DNA of 64,000 nt from Flaccisagitta enflata (lineage: Eukaryota). Within the stretch, counting starts at the first letter, position 1; each line of letters starts with the position of its first letter. Below, in pieces: positions 41,161 to 55,510 of the stretch. The DNA lies in NCBI GenBank assembly GCA_965153355.1, contig OZ231126.1, forward strand, positions 42,904,001 through 42,968,000, given 5' to 3'. The position numbers and the translations under genes are program-made. Under the pieces are notes generated by a model that saw only the letters and a program-made list of their open reading frames with translations, had not been told where the DNA came from and made no database searches.

Positions 41161-41312
41161 TAGGATGTGGAAGCGGTCAATTTTTATGCCGCTTCCACCG
41201 CTTCCGCTTCCGCTTCCTCTTCCGCTTCCGCTTCCGCTTCCATTTTGTCGTTCAATTACTGGTAGCTATCCCATCCACCAACATGGAAGCGGTCAATCGC
41301 TTCCACATCTCT
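41161..41312. mobile_element. Small MITE, hAT-like
   Basis: Inverted ends GATGTGGAAGCG / CGCTTCCACATC, internal (CCGCTT)n; flanks GTTGGAAC vs TGGAAAC match only imperfectly. Confidence 0.55.
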
Positions 41313-41526
41313 TGGAAACCTTTGTAAATTTTCTTCTCTGGGTTAAAAACTTCCCTTCTTGCATTTTACGTGCATCTGTTGCTGGTTGCGCCGATGCCCG
41401 TCGGTGAGGTGCAAAGGATGGCAAAAAAGTGCTTAGGACAGGTGCAAATGTTTCTGTTAAGCGCTCGTCAGATGACGGTTAAGCCAGGAAAACTCGATAA
41501 AACGGAACAACACTACTGAGCCAATG

Positions 41527-41561
<35 letters not shown>

Positions 41562-42447
41562 ATAAACAGTACGGTTCCTCGAACATGCTGTCTGCAGTAC
41601 TCTTTGACCAGGCCATGTTTGAATGAACAGTGCTCATTGAACACTCCCTACACTCGTATAATTTGTTTCCTTTCTTTTCTGTAAGAGACACCATATTTGT
41701 AACTCAGCCTGGGTGTTCTTAAACTTTTTGTCGTTTTGAGCAAAACATAAAAAAGTGAAATGTGACGGATGAACCAACCGACCGATGGACGAACAATGCG
41801 GGATGTAGAGTCGCGTAGCACGCGACTAAAAAGCCATAACAATAAACTTAAACACTTCAGAAACAACATGTGAACATAACTTCATATATTCAGTATTATT
41901 CATAACCACACTGTTTATTCCTGTAAAGCTTATTCCTTCTGGGGTTGTTGTTCTATTTCAGGTAGCTGCCGAGAAGAAAAAGATAAAACAGTCGACCCAG
42001 GTTCTAAAAAAGGGGAAAAGACGACGAGAAAACCGCGGCAAAGAAACAAACACACACATTTAGGACCTTTCAGGTTGGACACAAACAATCATTCTTCAAC
42101 AACTTCTCGCGCTGGAACTCTAATCATGACTAAGTCAACATTGACTGTTTTTTTTTCCTAATTTTTCTATTTCTTGGTGCAGAAGCTTTCTTTTGGTATC
42201 GACAGGCTGATCTGACCTTCGCGAATCTTAGGCTTGTCTATTCCATCATTCGTTTTCTTTATTCATTACATGTAGTCGTGCATTGTGTGAGGGCTGTGGA
42301 GAAATAATCAATTGAGTGAATATGATGAGAACCACAACTGATTTAGCATTTCTCCTTAGCGAAGCTTTGAAAGTAAAGATAATCGGCTATAACAGCACTT
42401 GAGAAAACCACATAATGATCTTTCTATTCATAAAAACCCAGAAATAA

Positions 42448-42545
<98 letters not shown>

Positions 42546-42546
42546 C

Positions 42547-42591
<45 letters not shown>

Positions 42592-43037
42592 AAGACAGAC
42601 AGACAGACAGACATACAGACAGACAGACAGAGTCAGAGACAGAGACTGAGAGAAAGACAGACAGAAAAAGATAATGAGATAGAGACATAGATAGAGACAG
42701 AGAGAAAGACAGCTACAGAGCCGGAGATTTTATCATCATCATCATCTTCTGAAAATACCCCTTTCCCCGCTTTCCACTCCCGTGGCTGCGCAAAACTCGG
42801 GGAAAATATCATCATTACTTCATTACTTTGACCATCATGAGGAGGCTTTCACGACGCCATTGGCTCATAGTCGACTGAACATCTCGAGTATTAAGGATGC
42901 TAATTGACTCTGAATATCTTATATGTGGACAATTAGGCGTTCTTTTTACGTCTCTTTCCTTTCCGGAGATGGGGAAACGATGATACGACAGAAAAGGAAG
43001 TAGGAAAGAAAGAAAGAAAGAAAGAAAGAAAGAAAAA

Positions 43038-43165
<128 letters not shown>

Positions 43166-43225
43166 AGGAAAGAAAAAAAGAAAGTGAAAAAAAAGAAGGA
43201 AAAGAAAGAAGGAAAGAGAGAAAGA

Positions 43226-43766
43226 AACAAGGTCAACAAACCTTAGTCGCGTGGTAATAAGGGTAATAAAGGTAATAAAGGTAACTAAGCTAATTAAGGA
43301 AATAAAGATAATGAAGATAACTGTAAGTGCCTATATCTTCCTATAATTACCCATAGTTACCAACAACTACCTGTAAATACCTATAATTACCTACAATTAC
43401 ATTAAATTACCAATAATTATCAATAATCACCTATTATCTATAATCTATTATCTATAATCACCTATAATTACCCATTATTTCCTATGTTTCCTAAAATCAC
43501 CTCAATTTATAGTCCCAGACAACTTTTCTGACTTACATGATACAAATTACTAAAAAACCCATATTAACCTATAATTACCTAAAATTACCTATACAATTAC
43601 CAAAAATTACCTATAATCACCAAAAATTACCTATAATAACCTTTAATAACCTTTGATAACTTTTAAAACGTCTATAAAGCGTATATTTCAAAAATGTGAC
43701 CAACCAATTGACAGACCGACCGACCGACATAGTGGCTTCTAGAGTCGCGTTCACGCGACTAAAAAA
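43226..43766 (-). mobile_element. HINE-like element, family A, inside a (GAAA)n/(GACA)n tract
   Basis: AACAAGGTCAAC..TAGTCGCGTG end, (ATTACCTATA)n array, (GACC)n, TAGAGTCGCGTTCACGCGACTAAAAA end. Confidence 0.82.
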
Positions 43767-43847
43767 GAAAGAAAGAAAGAAGAAAAAGAGAAAGAAAGAA
43801 AGAAAGAAAGAGTGAAAAAAAGAGTAATTCAAGAAAGAAAGAAAGAT

Positions 43848-43900
<53 letters not shown>

Positions 43901-43901
43901 A

Positions 43902-43974
<73 letters not shown>

Positions 43975-43975
43975 T

Positions 43976-44058
<83 letters not shown>

Positions 44059-44059
44059 T

Positions 44060-44110
<51 letters not shown>

Positions 44111-44280
44111 CAGAAAAAAAGAAAGTGAAAAAAAGAAGGAAAAGAAAGAAGGAAAGAGAGAAAAAACAAAAGAACGAAAGAAAGAAAGAAGAAAAAGAGA
44201 AAGAAAGAAAGAAAGAGTGAAAAAAAAAGAGTAATTCAAGAAAGATAGAAAGAAAGAAAGAAAGCAAGGAAGAAAGAAAA

Positions 44281-44344
<64 letters not shown>

Positions 44345-45475
44345 AAAAGAAATAAAGAAAGAAAGAAAAAAGGAATTGAAACAAAAAGAAGTCCCCTTTC
44401 CACATTTCTATGGTTCTAGGTAATAGAATCGTTTATGGCATTAAATCGTTGTCTTTTGCAAGAAAATGAGTAAGGTTGAATTATTCTAAAATCTTCGACA
44501 TAGGTCCAGGGTCGGACGCTCATGTAGGGGGAAAAAACATAGGTGTCAGAGTACAGAATGGACTCAAAATGGCAGTTTTTAGATTTCCAGGAAAATGGCG
44601 CCAAATTGCTCTTACTTTAGCCTCATATTTGATTAAAAGAATTGGGGCAATTTAATGAGACCAAGACCTGAAATGAACACCTAATTGCTAGTAAAGCATA
44701 TAAAAGGTGCAGAAAATATTTTCTAGGAGTTTTTGTCAATGATAACAACAGATAAAAACTTCCATTTCTATTGTGCCAAGGCCCGTAAGCAATTCTATTA
44801 CCTAATCCTGATAATGAGTGTTAACTGATCAAGGAAAGAATGGAAAAACAAGCCCGACCGGGCAGTAATGCGCCCAGGCTGTGTTACTGCGCAAAAATTC
44901 CTTATTGAGATGCATCACTTACGACGCATCTTCTAATAGGACGCATCTAGTATGTAAGACGTAAGACGTAAGACGCAACTCAAAAGATCCAATGAAGAGG
45001 AAGATTTTGTCCTTGCATGTATGTTGAAGAAACAGGAAGCGGCAGCATAAAAAACAAAACAAAAAAAAGTCTATGAGGACAACATCGTGGACGACAGACT
45101 TACAGACGTCAAGGCCGATAAAAATTACAGCATCGCTGAGCATCGCTGAGCAAATCAGTCTTTTACAAGACTTACACAATTTCAAATTCACTATGCCAAC
45201 CTTAAGAAATTCAAAAAGATCAAAAGAAAAGCACATCTCTAAAGGACCAACAGACAAAGTGACTTGTATTTGTATAAACGCGTAACACAAGACTAAAAAC
45301 TTGATAAGAAAGAAGATGAAAAAGACGGCACTTTTTTTCTGCGTGGTTGATGAATTATGTGGTGCGTTAATGACAGCAGCGTCTTCTTTTTCTCTTAATA
45401 GGTTCATGAATTAAATACTTCCTCCCACTTCGCCATTTTTTTTCTTTTTCCCAAGCGCCAATACTTGGGATTGTG

Positions 45476-45665
45476 TTTCAGTCGCGGACACACGACTCTA
45501 TAAGAGGCTTTGTCAGTCCATCTATCCCTTGGTCCATCTGTCCGTTGGTCCATCGGTCCATGATGCTTGAGTCGAAAATTGTGAAAATGCATATCTTAGA
45601 TGCAGTTGTGATTGTGAGTGAGGCCCACCCGCCCGCGACGATATTGTAACCCCGAATTACTTGTT
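45476..45665 (+). mobile_element. HINE-like element, family A variant
   Basis: TTTCAGTCGCGGACACACGACTCTATAAGAGG start; 3' CCGCGACG + hairpin GTAA-CCCCGAA-TTAC + TTGTT; related fragments at ~7585-7617, 17868-17950, 40035-40090, 47103-47175. Confidence 0.7.
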
Positions 45666-45789
45666 CTCTCAAGTTACCTCTTTCTTCCAATGTTTTCCGA
45701 CGCACGCTCCATAGACATAGTTCCTTCGTCTTACTCACTCTCTGTCACTCTCTGTCTATCTGGCTGTTTGCACGTCTGTTAGTGTGTCC

Positions 45790-45906
<117 letters not shown>

Positions 45907-46077
45907 TCTCATTCTTCTGTTGTTTTCTTAGTCATCATTTGAGATTATGTGAGTGTCTTCCGTTTCTCTTGACGATATTGGCACCATCTGTAATGAGCAA
46001 ACAGAATCAAGAATCCTATTGTCTAGCTTAGAGAATAGTATTCCGTTGCTTTTTGAACACGATTTACCATATATGTA

Positions 46078-46678
46078 CAGTGAGGGTTCCTGGAATAACA
46101 GCCTAAACTGGAGGAAGGTAAATAAGTGTCTTAATTTTATTTGACAAACTTGATATTAGAAATATAAGTTGTTCAATTGTTGCTTGTATCCCTGAGTTTT
46201 TTGGTTGCTATGGAAACCAAAATTATCTTTTCGGACTCTCATAACTGCTAAAATCTCAATATTTTCACTAATGTAATTAGGGAACATTGTTCAAATTTAA
46301 ATATACAACAACAACCACAGTATGTTCTGTAAAAATATGGCTCATTTAACTGTTGCTAGGGAGCATCATTCAGTGGTTGCTATGTGTGATGCTCCCTAGC
46401 AACGGCCAAACGAGCAATAGTCTTACAGATCATACTGTGGGAAAGATGTAGCAAATGTAATTCTGAGCCATGTTCCTTGATTATATCAGACAAAATGTTA
46501 ATATCCTAGCAGTTATAAATTTTCAAAAAAATAATTTAGGTTTCCATAGCAACCGAAAAACTCGGGGACACAAGTATCAATTGAACAATTTAAATTTCAT
46601 ATATCATGTTTCTCAAATGAAATCAAGGCACTTAGATACCTTCCTCCAATTCAGGCTGTTATTCCATGAACCCCACTG
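46078..46678. mobile_element. Tc1/mariner-type foldback MITE
   Basis: TA flanks (46076-77, 46679-80); TIR CAGTG(A)GGGTTC.TGGAATAACAGCCT; whole element is an imperfect palindrome with a perfect 17-bp central stem (46352-46403). Confidence 0.9.
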
Positions 46679-47499
46679 TAGTTGGTTCGTCTTACAGCAT
46701 TAAAAACCTGATACCCTTCATATCATTTTCCTAATACTCTTCATACCATTTTCCACCTTATGATCTTTAACCTGATCTCGCTAACTCTCGATTTTTACCT
46801 GAGACCCAGATTCTATCAGATGGCCTCAGTGTCTACAGAACTGACTATATACTGCTCTTAACTCTCTTCTTTCCCCTTGGCTTTTGCCGTTTACACTGTT
46901 GATTCATGTTCGTTGATCGTGTATCTCAGTGTATCCCAGTTCTCTCCTTACTATTTCTCTTCTCCCACAATATCGCCTCCCTTATATCCACTCCCATTGC
47001 CTCTTCATTTCCTTCTTCTTTTCTTCTCCCTCTTTTCCCCTTTCTGACTTTTCCCCCTCCCTTCTTTTTCATCCTCGGCTTTCGTTTACAAATTCTTATG
47101 TTTTTTTTAGTCGCGGACTCGCGAATTGATAAGAGGCTTTGTCTGTCTGTCCGTCTGTCTGTCCGTCCGTCAGTTTGTCATCTCTTCCTTCCCACTCGCT
47201 GCATCATCTTCCCGTCTTTCCCCATTATTCCCCTTACCCTTCGCCTTCTATGTTGTTGATTCACGATCGTAGGTCGTTCTTTTTTTTGTCTCTCGTATCT
47301 CGTATCCAGGAAAACTAAGCGCGGGCAAAAGCCGGGCATCGGGGCGGTTTCATTGTCTTCCTATCGCGAGGTTTTTTCCTCGTCTCGCCTCTCAGCTACG
47401 GGAAGATAAAGTGGTACAACCTAGCACGTAACTTCTTATAAATGTGCATGAGAGAATTTATGATAATGACATAAGAGAATGTAGAGATAGAAAAGTTAG

Positions 47500-47817
47500 A
47501 ACAAGCCCGACCGGGCAAAGATGCGTCCGGACTGTGTCTCTGCGTGTATTGATCATGTGACATATACGGAGAGACAGATGGACGAACAGACGGGTGAAAT
47601 GATTGAGTAATAGAGGAGGCTCTCAAAACATGCTGGTTGATCATTTGTTTCAGTGTAGGATCTCACCGTGGCCAAAAACAGCCGAGAAACGCGGTTTTTG
47701 CACAGGCGTAACGGACCGACCGACGGACGGACGGACGGACGGACCGACCGACGGACCGACGGACCGACGGACGGACGGACAAACCCTCTTATAGAGATGC
47801 GAGGACGCATCTAAAAA
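47500..47817 (-). mobile_element. HINE-like element, family C
   Basis: Near-identical to 1106-1448; ends AACAAGCCCGACCGGGCAAAGATGCGTCC and AGAGATGCGAGGACGCATCTAAAAA. Confidence 0.88.
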
Positions 47818-48118
47818 CGCACGATGAATACTGTTTGAGAAAAAAAGGTAATTCTTCCACATTTTTCTTTTCACTAATATTATTTTCCCCCGAGGAATAA
47901 AAAAGAAAACAATCTATATTAACGATAAGTACATCTTGTCTACTTAACAAATTTGTTACTTTGCAAATTTTCATACAATGCTTTTGTGTACCATTTGAAA
48001 ATAAAACACTATTGAACAAGTAATATCGCACTTACACACTGATAAATGTAAGCTTACATGTAAAGAATTACATGTACTCGGTAAAAACGTCATTAAATGT
48101 GTAGGCTGGAGAATTGGT

Positions 48119-48222
<104 letters not shown>

Positions 48223-48367
48223 GCCTCCAGTTCAGGCCTCACCGGCATCTGATTTCCAACAACTGGCGATGCAAAAGGCAAATAGAGCGAGACTATTTTC
48301 ACCACAGGAACTATGTTCAGCTGAGACTTTAAGGTTTGGTTGTTGTTGTTGTTGTTGTTGTTGTTGC

Positions 48368-48443
<76 letters not shown>

Positions 48444-48822
48444 AAATTTTTTGTTTGTTTTTTTTTTTTTTGCAAATGAAAAACATGTTCGCCAGGGGAA
48501 ATTTTATCTTAGCTTTTCTAGGCACCCGGCCAACGTGTGGAGGCCACTTTCCCCCTTTACTTTGCCCATGTTTTTACTTACATCCTACTTCAAGTGTGGA
48601 GGCCACTTCCCCCCCCCCTTGTTTTGCCCATGTTTATGCTTACAATTTAAAGAGTTGTTCAAACTCCTCTAAAAACGACCAATCTGAGGGGAACAACTCA
48701 ATTTGTTTGGGTCTTTGGAGTAGTAATCATTCAAAGGTGATCCTTTTTTGTCAGTGTCGCGGCCACTTTACGCCCTCAACCTCACCCATGAACCATGTTT
48801 TTGCTTTTACCCTACTTTCAAG

Positions 48823-50131
<1,309 letters not shown>

Positions 50132-50133
50132 GT

Positions 50134-50790
50134 GAATGCCACTTGACCCCCTCTACCTTACCCATGAACCATATTTTTGCTTTTACCCTTCTTTCAAGTT
50201 AGAATGCCACTTGACCCCCTCTACCTTACCCATGAACCATATTTTTGCTTTTACCCTTCTTTCAAGTTAGAATGCCACTTGACCCCCTCTACCTTACCCA
50301 TGAACCGCGTTTTTACTTTTACCCTACTTTCACGTTTGGATGCCACTTTCCCCCTCTACCTTACCCAGGTACCATGTTTTTGCTTTTACCCTACTTTCAA
50401 GTAAGGATGACACTTTCCCCCCTCTACCTTGTCCATGTTTTTGCTTTTACCCTACTTTCAAGTTAGGATGCCACTTGACCCCCTCTACCTTACCCATGAA
50501 CCATATTTTTGCTTTTACCCTTCTTTCAAGTTAGAATGCCACTTGACCCCCTCTACCTTACCCATGAACCGCGTTTTTACTTTTACCCTACTTTCACGTT
50601 TGGATGCCACTTTCCCCCTCTACCTTACCCAGGTACCATGTTTTTGCTTTTACCCTACTTTCAAGTAAGGATGACACTTTCCCCCCTCTACCTTGTCCAT
50701 GTTTTTGCTTTTACCCTACTTTCAAGTTAGGATGCCACTTGACCCCCTCTACCTTACCCACGAACCATGTTTTTGCTCGTTCCCTACTGT
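50134..50790. repeat. 68-bp satellite with 264-bp higher-order repeat
   Basis: Monomer starts 50134, 50202, 50270, 50338, 50405, 50466, 50534, 50602, 50669, 50730 (lengths 68,68,68,67,61,68,68,67,61); ORF track shows identical peptides offset by 264. Confidence 0.92.
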
Positions 50791-51647
50791 GAGTGTGAAG
50801 GCCACTTTTGCTCCGTCGTGATTTGGCCATTTGCATTCCCAAGGAAGAGTCTCTTTTCCTTCTTCGAGAAGAAACTATCGTCGATTTAACGGCATCAATC
50901 CTACCATCAACAAGCAACAGTCGAGAGTTAAAATGGTGTTTTTATGCATTTCAACCTGCAACTGTCAGGGGTTAAAATGGTGCTGTGTTTTTGCATTTCA
51001 ACTTGTAGCAGCAGTGTTTGCAATAGATTTTAACTAGCATATAACCGTAATGGTTGACCAATTCAACTTGAAAAAACGGGGCCACTTTTCTTTTTGATTT
51101 TCATGAATGGAACCAGCAACAGCGGTCAGTGGAAGTTGAAATGGTGAGCCTATTAATTTCAACACGTAGTTGTGGATGTAGCTAGTCATACAAGGATCGC
51201 ATATGATCAGCGCTACCTAATACCCATTGCCTCGCTCAATTGTTGTCCCAATGTAGTGGGTGAGAGCAGGGCAGCGGTACAGGGTTGAATTTCTATACAT
51301 CTAGAGAAGAGGTGGAGGGGGGGAAGGTCGAGTGGGTTTGATTATACGTACCTCAGAGGGTGGATATCAGGTATCAGAAGAATAAGATAGGCATGAGAGG
51401 GCTGATCTCAGGCCTATGTGGGCTATTCATGGGCCAACGAGACCAGGTTTCAGGCCTCTGAGGGTTGCTTCAGACCTGTGAGAGCTGAAAACAGACCTGT
51501 GAGAGCTGATTTGAAGCCGGTGAGGGTTGATTTGGGCCTGAGAGGATTGCACCAATTTTAGGCTTGAGATGACTAATTTCAAGCTCCAAAGGCCAGATTT
51601 CAGGCCACAGCAGGCTGATAAGGGCTTTAGGTCTTGGGGGAGAGAGG

Positions 51648-53796
51648 AAACCCTAGGTCTAAAAAAATGGTCAAGACTCCTGACCTGGGGAAATGTCTTT
51701 TTTGATGCATTAGCTACAAATTAATGGTAAAAATAAAAAAATCTGCTTAGAAATATAGAATTGATGGTCAAATAATAGCAAAAAAAAGCATTTTTAAGCA
51801 TATTTTAGATTAAAGATTATATTCATGGCTTCTAAAAGTATGTAGAAATGTATGAAAAGTTTGGCTACAGTGTTTGCACTTATGCTTTTACCTACTTCAG
51901 TTTGTTTAGAGTGATTTTCCAATATTCAAAACAAAAAAATGCCAAAAACTGTTATAAAATGACTATTTTTTTGTTATTTTTTGCTATTTCTAAGCTCCCA
52001 TCTATCAAATATTTCTTAAAACTAGCTGGATTATATTACAGCATGTGTATCTCAACAATATTCATAACTTTTCATAACAGGGTGCTCAATAAATTTGGCA
52101 AAATCTTAAAGATAACATCTAAAAGCTATTCCCAACTGATAGTTTTTATTCAAATAATGGTCAACCATAATGGTGTGTTAACTTTAAATACTTATCATCC
52201 AACAGGCAGCAAGAATCCATGAGAATAGGTCCATACAAGGCAGGAAAGGTCCATATGAAGTTGACACGTCAAAATTAGCTTTGATGAACAAAAGACAACT
52301 GATCATTTATTTCAAGTTATTCTAGCTGAATTTTTCCAATACCTTGAGCCAATTTTGAGTAGAAAGGATTGTCCTCCTATTTATTGACCACATTTGGGTG
52401 CTTAACTTGATGTCAAAGACGTCTAGTAAGTTGCTATTCTCTGCCATGTTTTTTTGGTAAAAATTCCCAAAAATTGGAAAGTTTGTCTGAGGGATAATAC
52501 CTTGCCTTTCAAACTAAAGGAGTCCACATGAAAAACTGCGCATTCTAACATCTAATAGAACTAATTGGGAGACTACAGGGTGTACCATCTCAGTTGTAAC
52601 ATAAAGAATCGATGTATCTCTGCTTCTAAAAGAAATAATCTAATTCTGAAAAAAGTTCTAAAGAGCTTTTGAAAAACGATTTTTGCTCAATAAGAGGAAA
52701 ATGATGGGAAGGTATTAACAGTCATGGAAAAATGGCTTGGAAGTACATGCCTTTTTGCAACCATTTTGCCATTTTTTATTGATCTCTTATGACAATTAGT
52801 CTTTGTTTAGCTATCATCTGTAAATAATTTGATAAAACATGAAGAGTTGGACTCAAATTAAAGGTATCCTGCATAGTGAAAGAGATTTGATAGAAAAATT
52901 CACATTTTTTGAAAAGATAGCATGATATTTGCCAAATTCATGCCTTTGAAAAACGGGTTGTTTTTTTTTTAAATGTGGTTTTGAAGAAAGAAAAAACAAA
53001 ATCTTCAATATTTTGAGGATGTTTTTTAAAGGGGCCAAAAACTACTGCAAAAATTCTTCAATTTGGGACCAATCTCAGGTTTCTAGCTCAATCTGTTTAG
53101 AAATGAGAGCCTTTTAAAGAAAAAGTGTCTATGAGCAATGTCAGCCAAAACTGCAAATTGAGAAATAGCTGCATCATTTTAGGTTGTGAATGTGTAAAAT
53201 TCTTTTCTGGACGGAAAAATTTTATAAGCATGGGCAAAAATCGTTTTTTAAGAGCTTTTTGGAACTTTTTTCAGAATGGGATTATCTTGTTTAGAAGCAG
53301 AGATACATCGATTCTTTATGTTACAACTGAGTTGGTACACCCTGTACATACCAAATTTCAGCTTACTGGGCCGCCTATAAGCATGGTTTAAGTGCAATTT
53401 AGTTTTTGCCAAATTTATTGAACACCCTGTTAGTCTTCAAGAATTTTAAAGAAATAATTATGAAAATAGGCTTTAAAAAAATCAATTTGATATTTTGAAA
53501 TAGTTTTTTTAGTTTTTATCAATAAAATAACCCTCAAAACTTACCAATTAGGTAAAAGCATTATTACAGCAACTATTGCCACACTTTTCAGATATTTTTA
53601 AAACAGCTCGAAGCTACAATCCTAATTTCTGATATAAAACATATATAAAAATGCTTCGTTTTTGCTATTTTTAAGCTTTGAATTCTATATTTCCAAGCCA
53701 ATTTTTTTTATTTTTACCATAAATTGATAGCTAATGCAACAAAAAAGACTTTTTCCCAGGACAGAAGTCTTGACCATTTTTTTCGACCTATGGTTT
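51648..53796. mobile_element. Large foldback DNA-transposon derivative (~500-bp imperfect arms)
   Basis: AAACCCTAGGTCTAAAAAAATGGTCAAGAC vs GTCTTGACCATTTTTTTCGACCTATGGTTT; inverted similarity continues to CAGGGTGCTCAATAAATTTGGC / GCCAAATTTATTGAACACCCTG; superfamily unresolved. Confidence 0.8.
52576..53344. mobile_element. Tc1/mariner-type MITE nested in the foldback
   Basis: TA flanks; TIR CAGGGTGTACCA.CTCAGTTGTAACATAAAGAATCGATGTATCTCTGCTTCTAAA; no transposase ORF. Confidence 0.9.
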
Positions 53797-54394
53797 GTTC
53801 CTGGACGCCGTGAGGACATCGGCTATTTAGGGCTGCTGCCCAAGAAGCAGAGATTCTACCCATTTCTACAAATGTATCATCAGCGATACTTTTTTTTCTT
53901 AATTTGGATCAAAATGGCGATTCCACAATCGACTGATAATTGTATCCTCTATAGCATTCACGTCAAATGGCAACGCCGTCATCTAAAGTCGCAATTCAGC
54001 TTTTGTCTAGTGACATTTTGCGTCTCAAAAGGCGCGCATTTGACGTCTTATTGTTATGCATCACTGGAAAGATTGTCATTGTTTGGCAACCCCATCTCCT
54101 GTTTTATCGAATTGTTCCACCTCAGATGGGAACTAAATACCTTTTTGAAATGAAAGTTTTACCATGTTTTACCATGCCTTGCAATTATACGGGCCTTTTG
54201 TATGAATAAAAGAATCTTTTAGTGATTGGTTGATTAGAGACAAATTGTGTTCGTCCTTTCTTTTCTTTTCTATTTTTTTCGTCTTTACACCTGTCTTGAA
54301 CATCCCACTTGCCTTTCTCTTTTTTTTCGAACCTGGTCATACATTAAAGCAATTATTCTTTACGTGTCTAACAGACACTGTCTATTGATCTTTG

Positions 54395-54505
<111 letters not shown>

Positions 54506-54943
54506 CTCATTCTTATTTCGCACCCCAGTCTCGTTCTGGGCTCCATTTCGCTTTGCATTTGCCAGCAGATGTCTTTTGCGGCGGTCGAATCGGCGATGAC
54601 CTAAAAACTCCGATCCCATTCGTCTTTCTACCTTTTCTTTTCTCTCCCTTTCTTTTCTTTTCTTTTCTTTTCATGTCTTATCATTTCTTTTTCTTTCTTT
54701 TCTCAGTTTGCTGGTTTTTCTCGTTTGTTTTTTTCTTCTCTTTTTTTTTTCTTCTCTTTTTTTTCTTTTCTTTTTCTTTCATTTTTCTATTTTTTTTTCT
54801 TTTTTTTTCTTCTCTTTTTTTTTCTTTTCTTTGATCTTTTCTTTTTTTCTATCTTTTCTTTTCTTATGTTTTCTTTTCTTTTCTTTTCTTCTCTTTTTTT
54901 TTCTTTTCTTTTCTTATCTTTTCTTTATTTTTCTTCTGTTTCC

Positions 54944-55510
54944 TTTTTGGGCAGCGGCCCCAAAGGGCCGATGTCCTGTAGGACACAGGGGTGAATTTCC
55001 TTACGTCCATCCATCCGTCCGTCCGTCCATCCGTCCGTTCGTCCGTACGTCCCCCAGGCTTCTGAATTCTCAAATTCCCATTGAATAACATGGAAAAGTG
55101 ACAAAATGCAAACTTCCCATTGAATAACGTAGGAGAATAACAAAATGAAAAATTCCCATTGAATAACATGGGTAAATGACAAAATACAAACTTCCCATTG
55201 AATAACATGGAAAGATTACAAAAAGTAGAGAAATACATATATCCCATCCAATAATATGGAAAATTAACAAAAAATGAAAAAATTGCAAAATTGCAATTGG
55301 ATTACATGGAAAATGGACAAAAAACTGAAATTCTCATTGCATGATATGGAAAATTAACAAGAAATTGTAAAAAATATATAACTCCCATTGAATATCATGG
55401 AAAATTGCCCCAAAGGCCTGAAATATACCTTCTCAGGACGTAAGGAAATTCACCCCTGTGTCCTACAGGACATCGGCCCTTTGGGGCCGCTGCCCTGCTC
55501 TCACTCCCTT
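54944..55510 (+). mobile_element. HINE-like element, family B3, 39-bp array, 3' end missing
   Basis: TTTTTGGGCAGCGGCCCCAAAGGGCCGATG..., (GTCC)n, TTCCCATTGAATAAC units 39 bp apart, long near-perfect inverted copy at ~55437-55495. Confidence 0.85.

Larger units (their letters stand above)
51184..53843 (-). mobile_element. Degenerate family B element split by a foldback insertion
   Basis: AGTCATACAAGGATCGCATATGATCAGCG..GGGCAGCGG and decayed 21-bp units (51184-51640); remaining end AGGACATCGGC..GGGCTGCTGCCCAA at ~53814-53843. Confidence 0.7.

Noticed and set aside
51848..54209. Transposase ORFs within the nested foldback elements
   Set aside because: Short AT-rich ORFs with no HTH or DDE/D motifs; the elements are non-autonomous.
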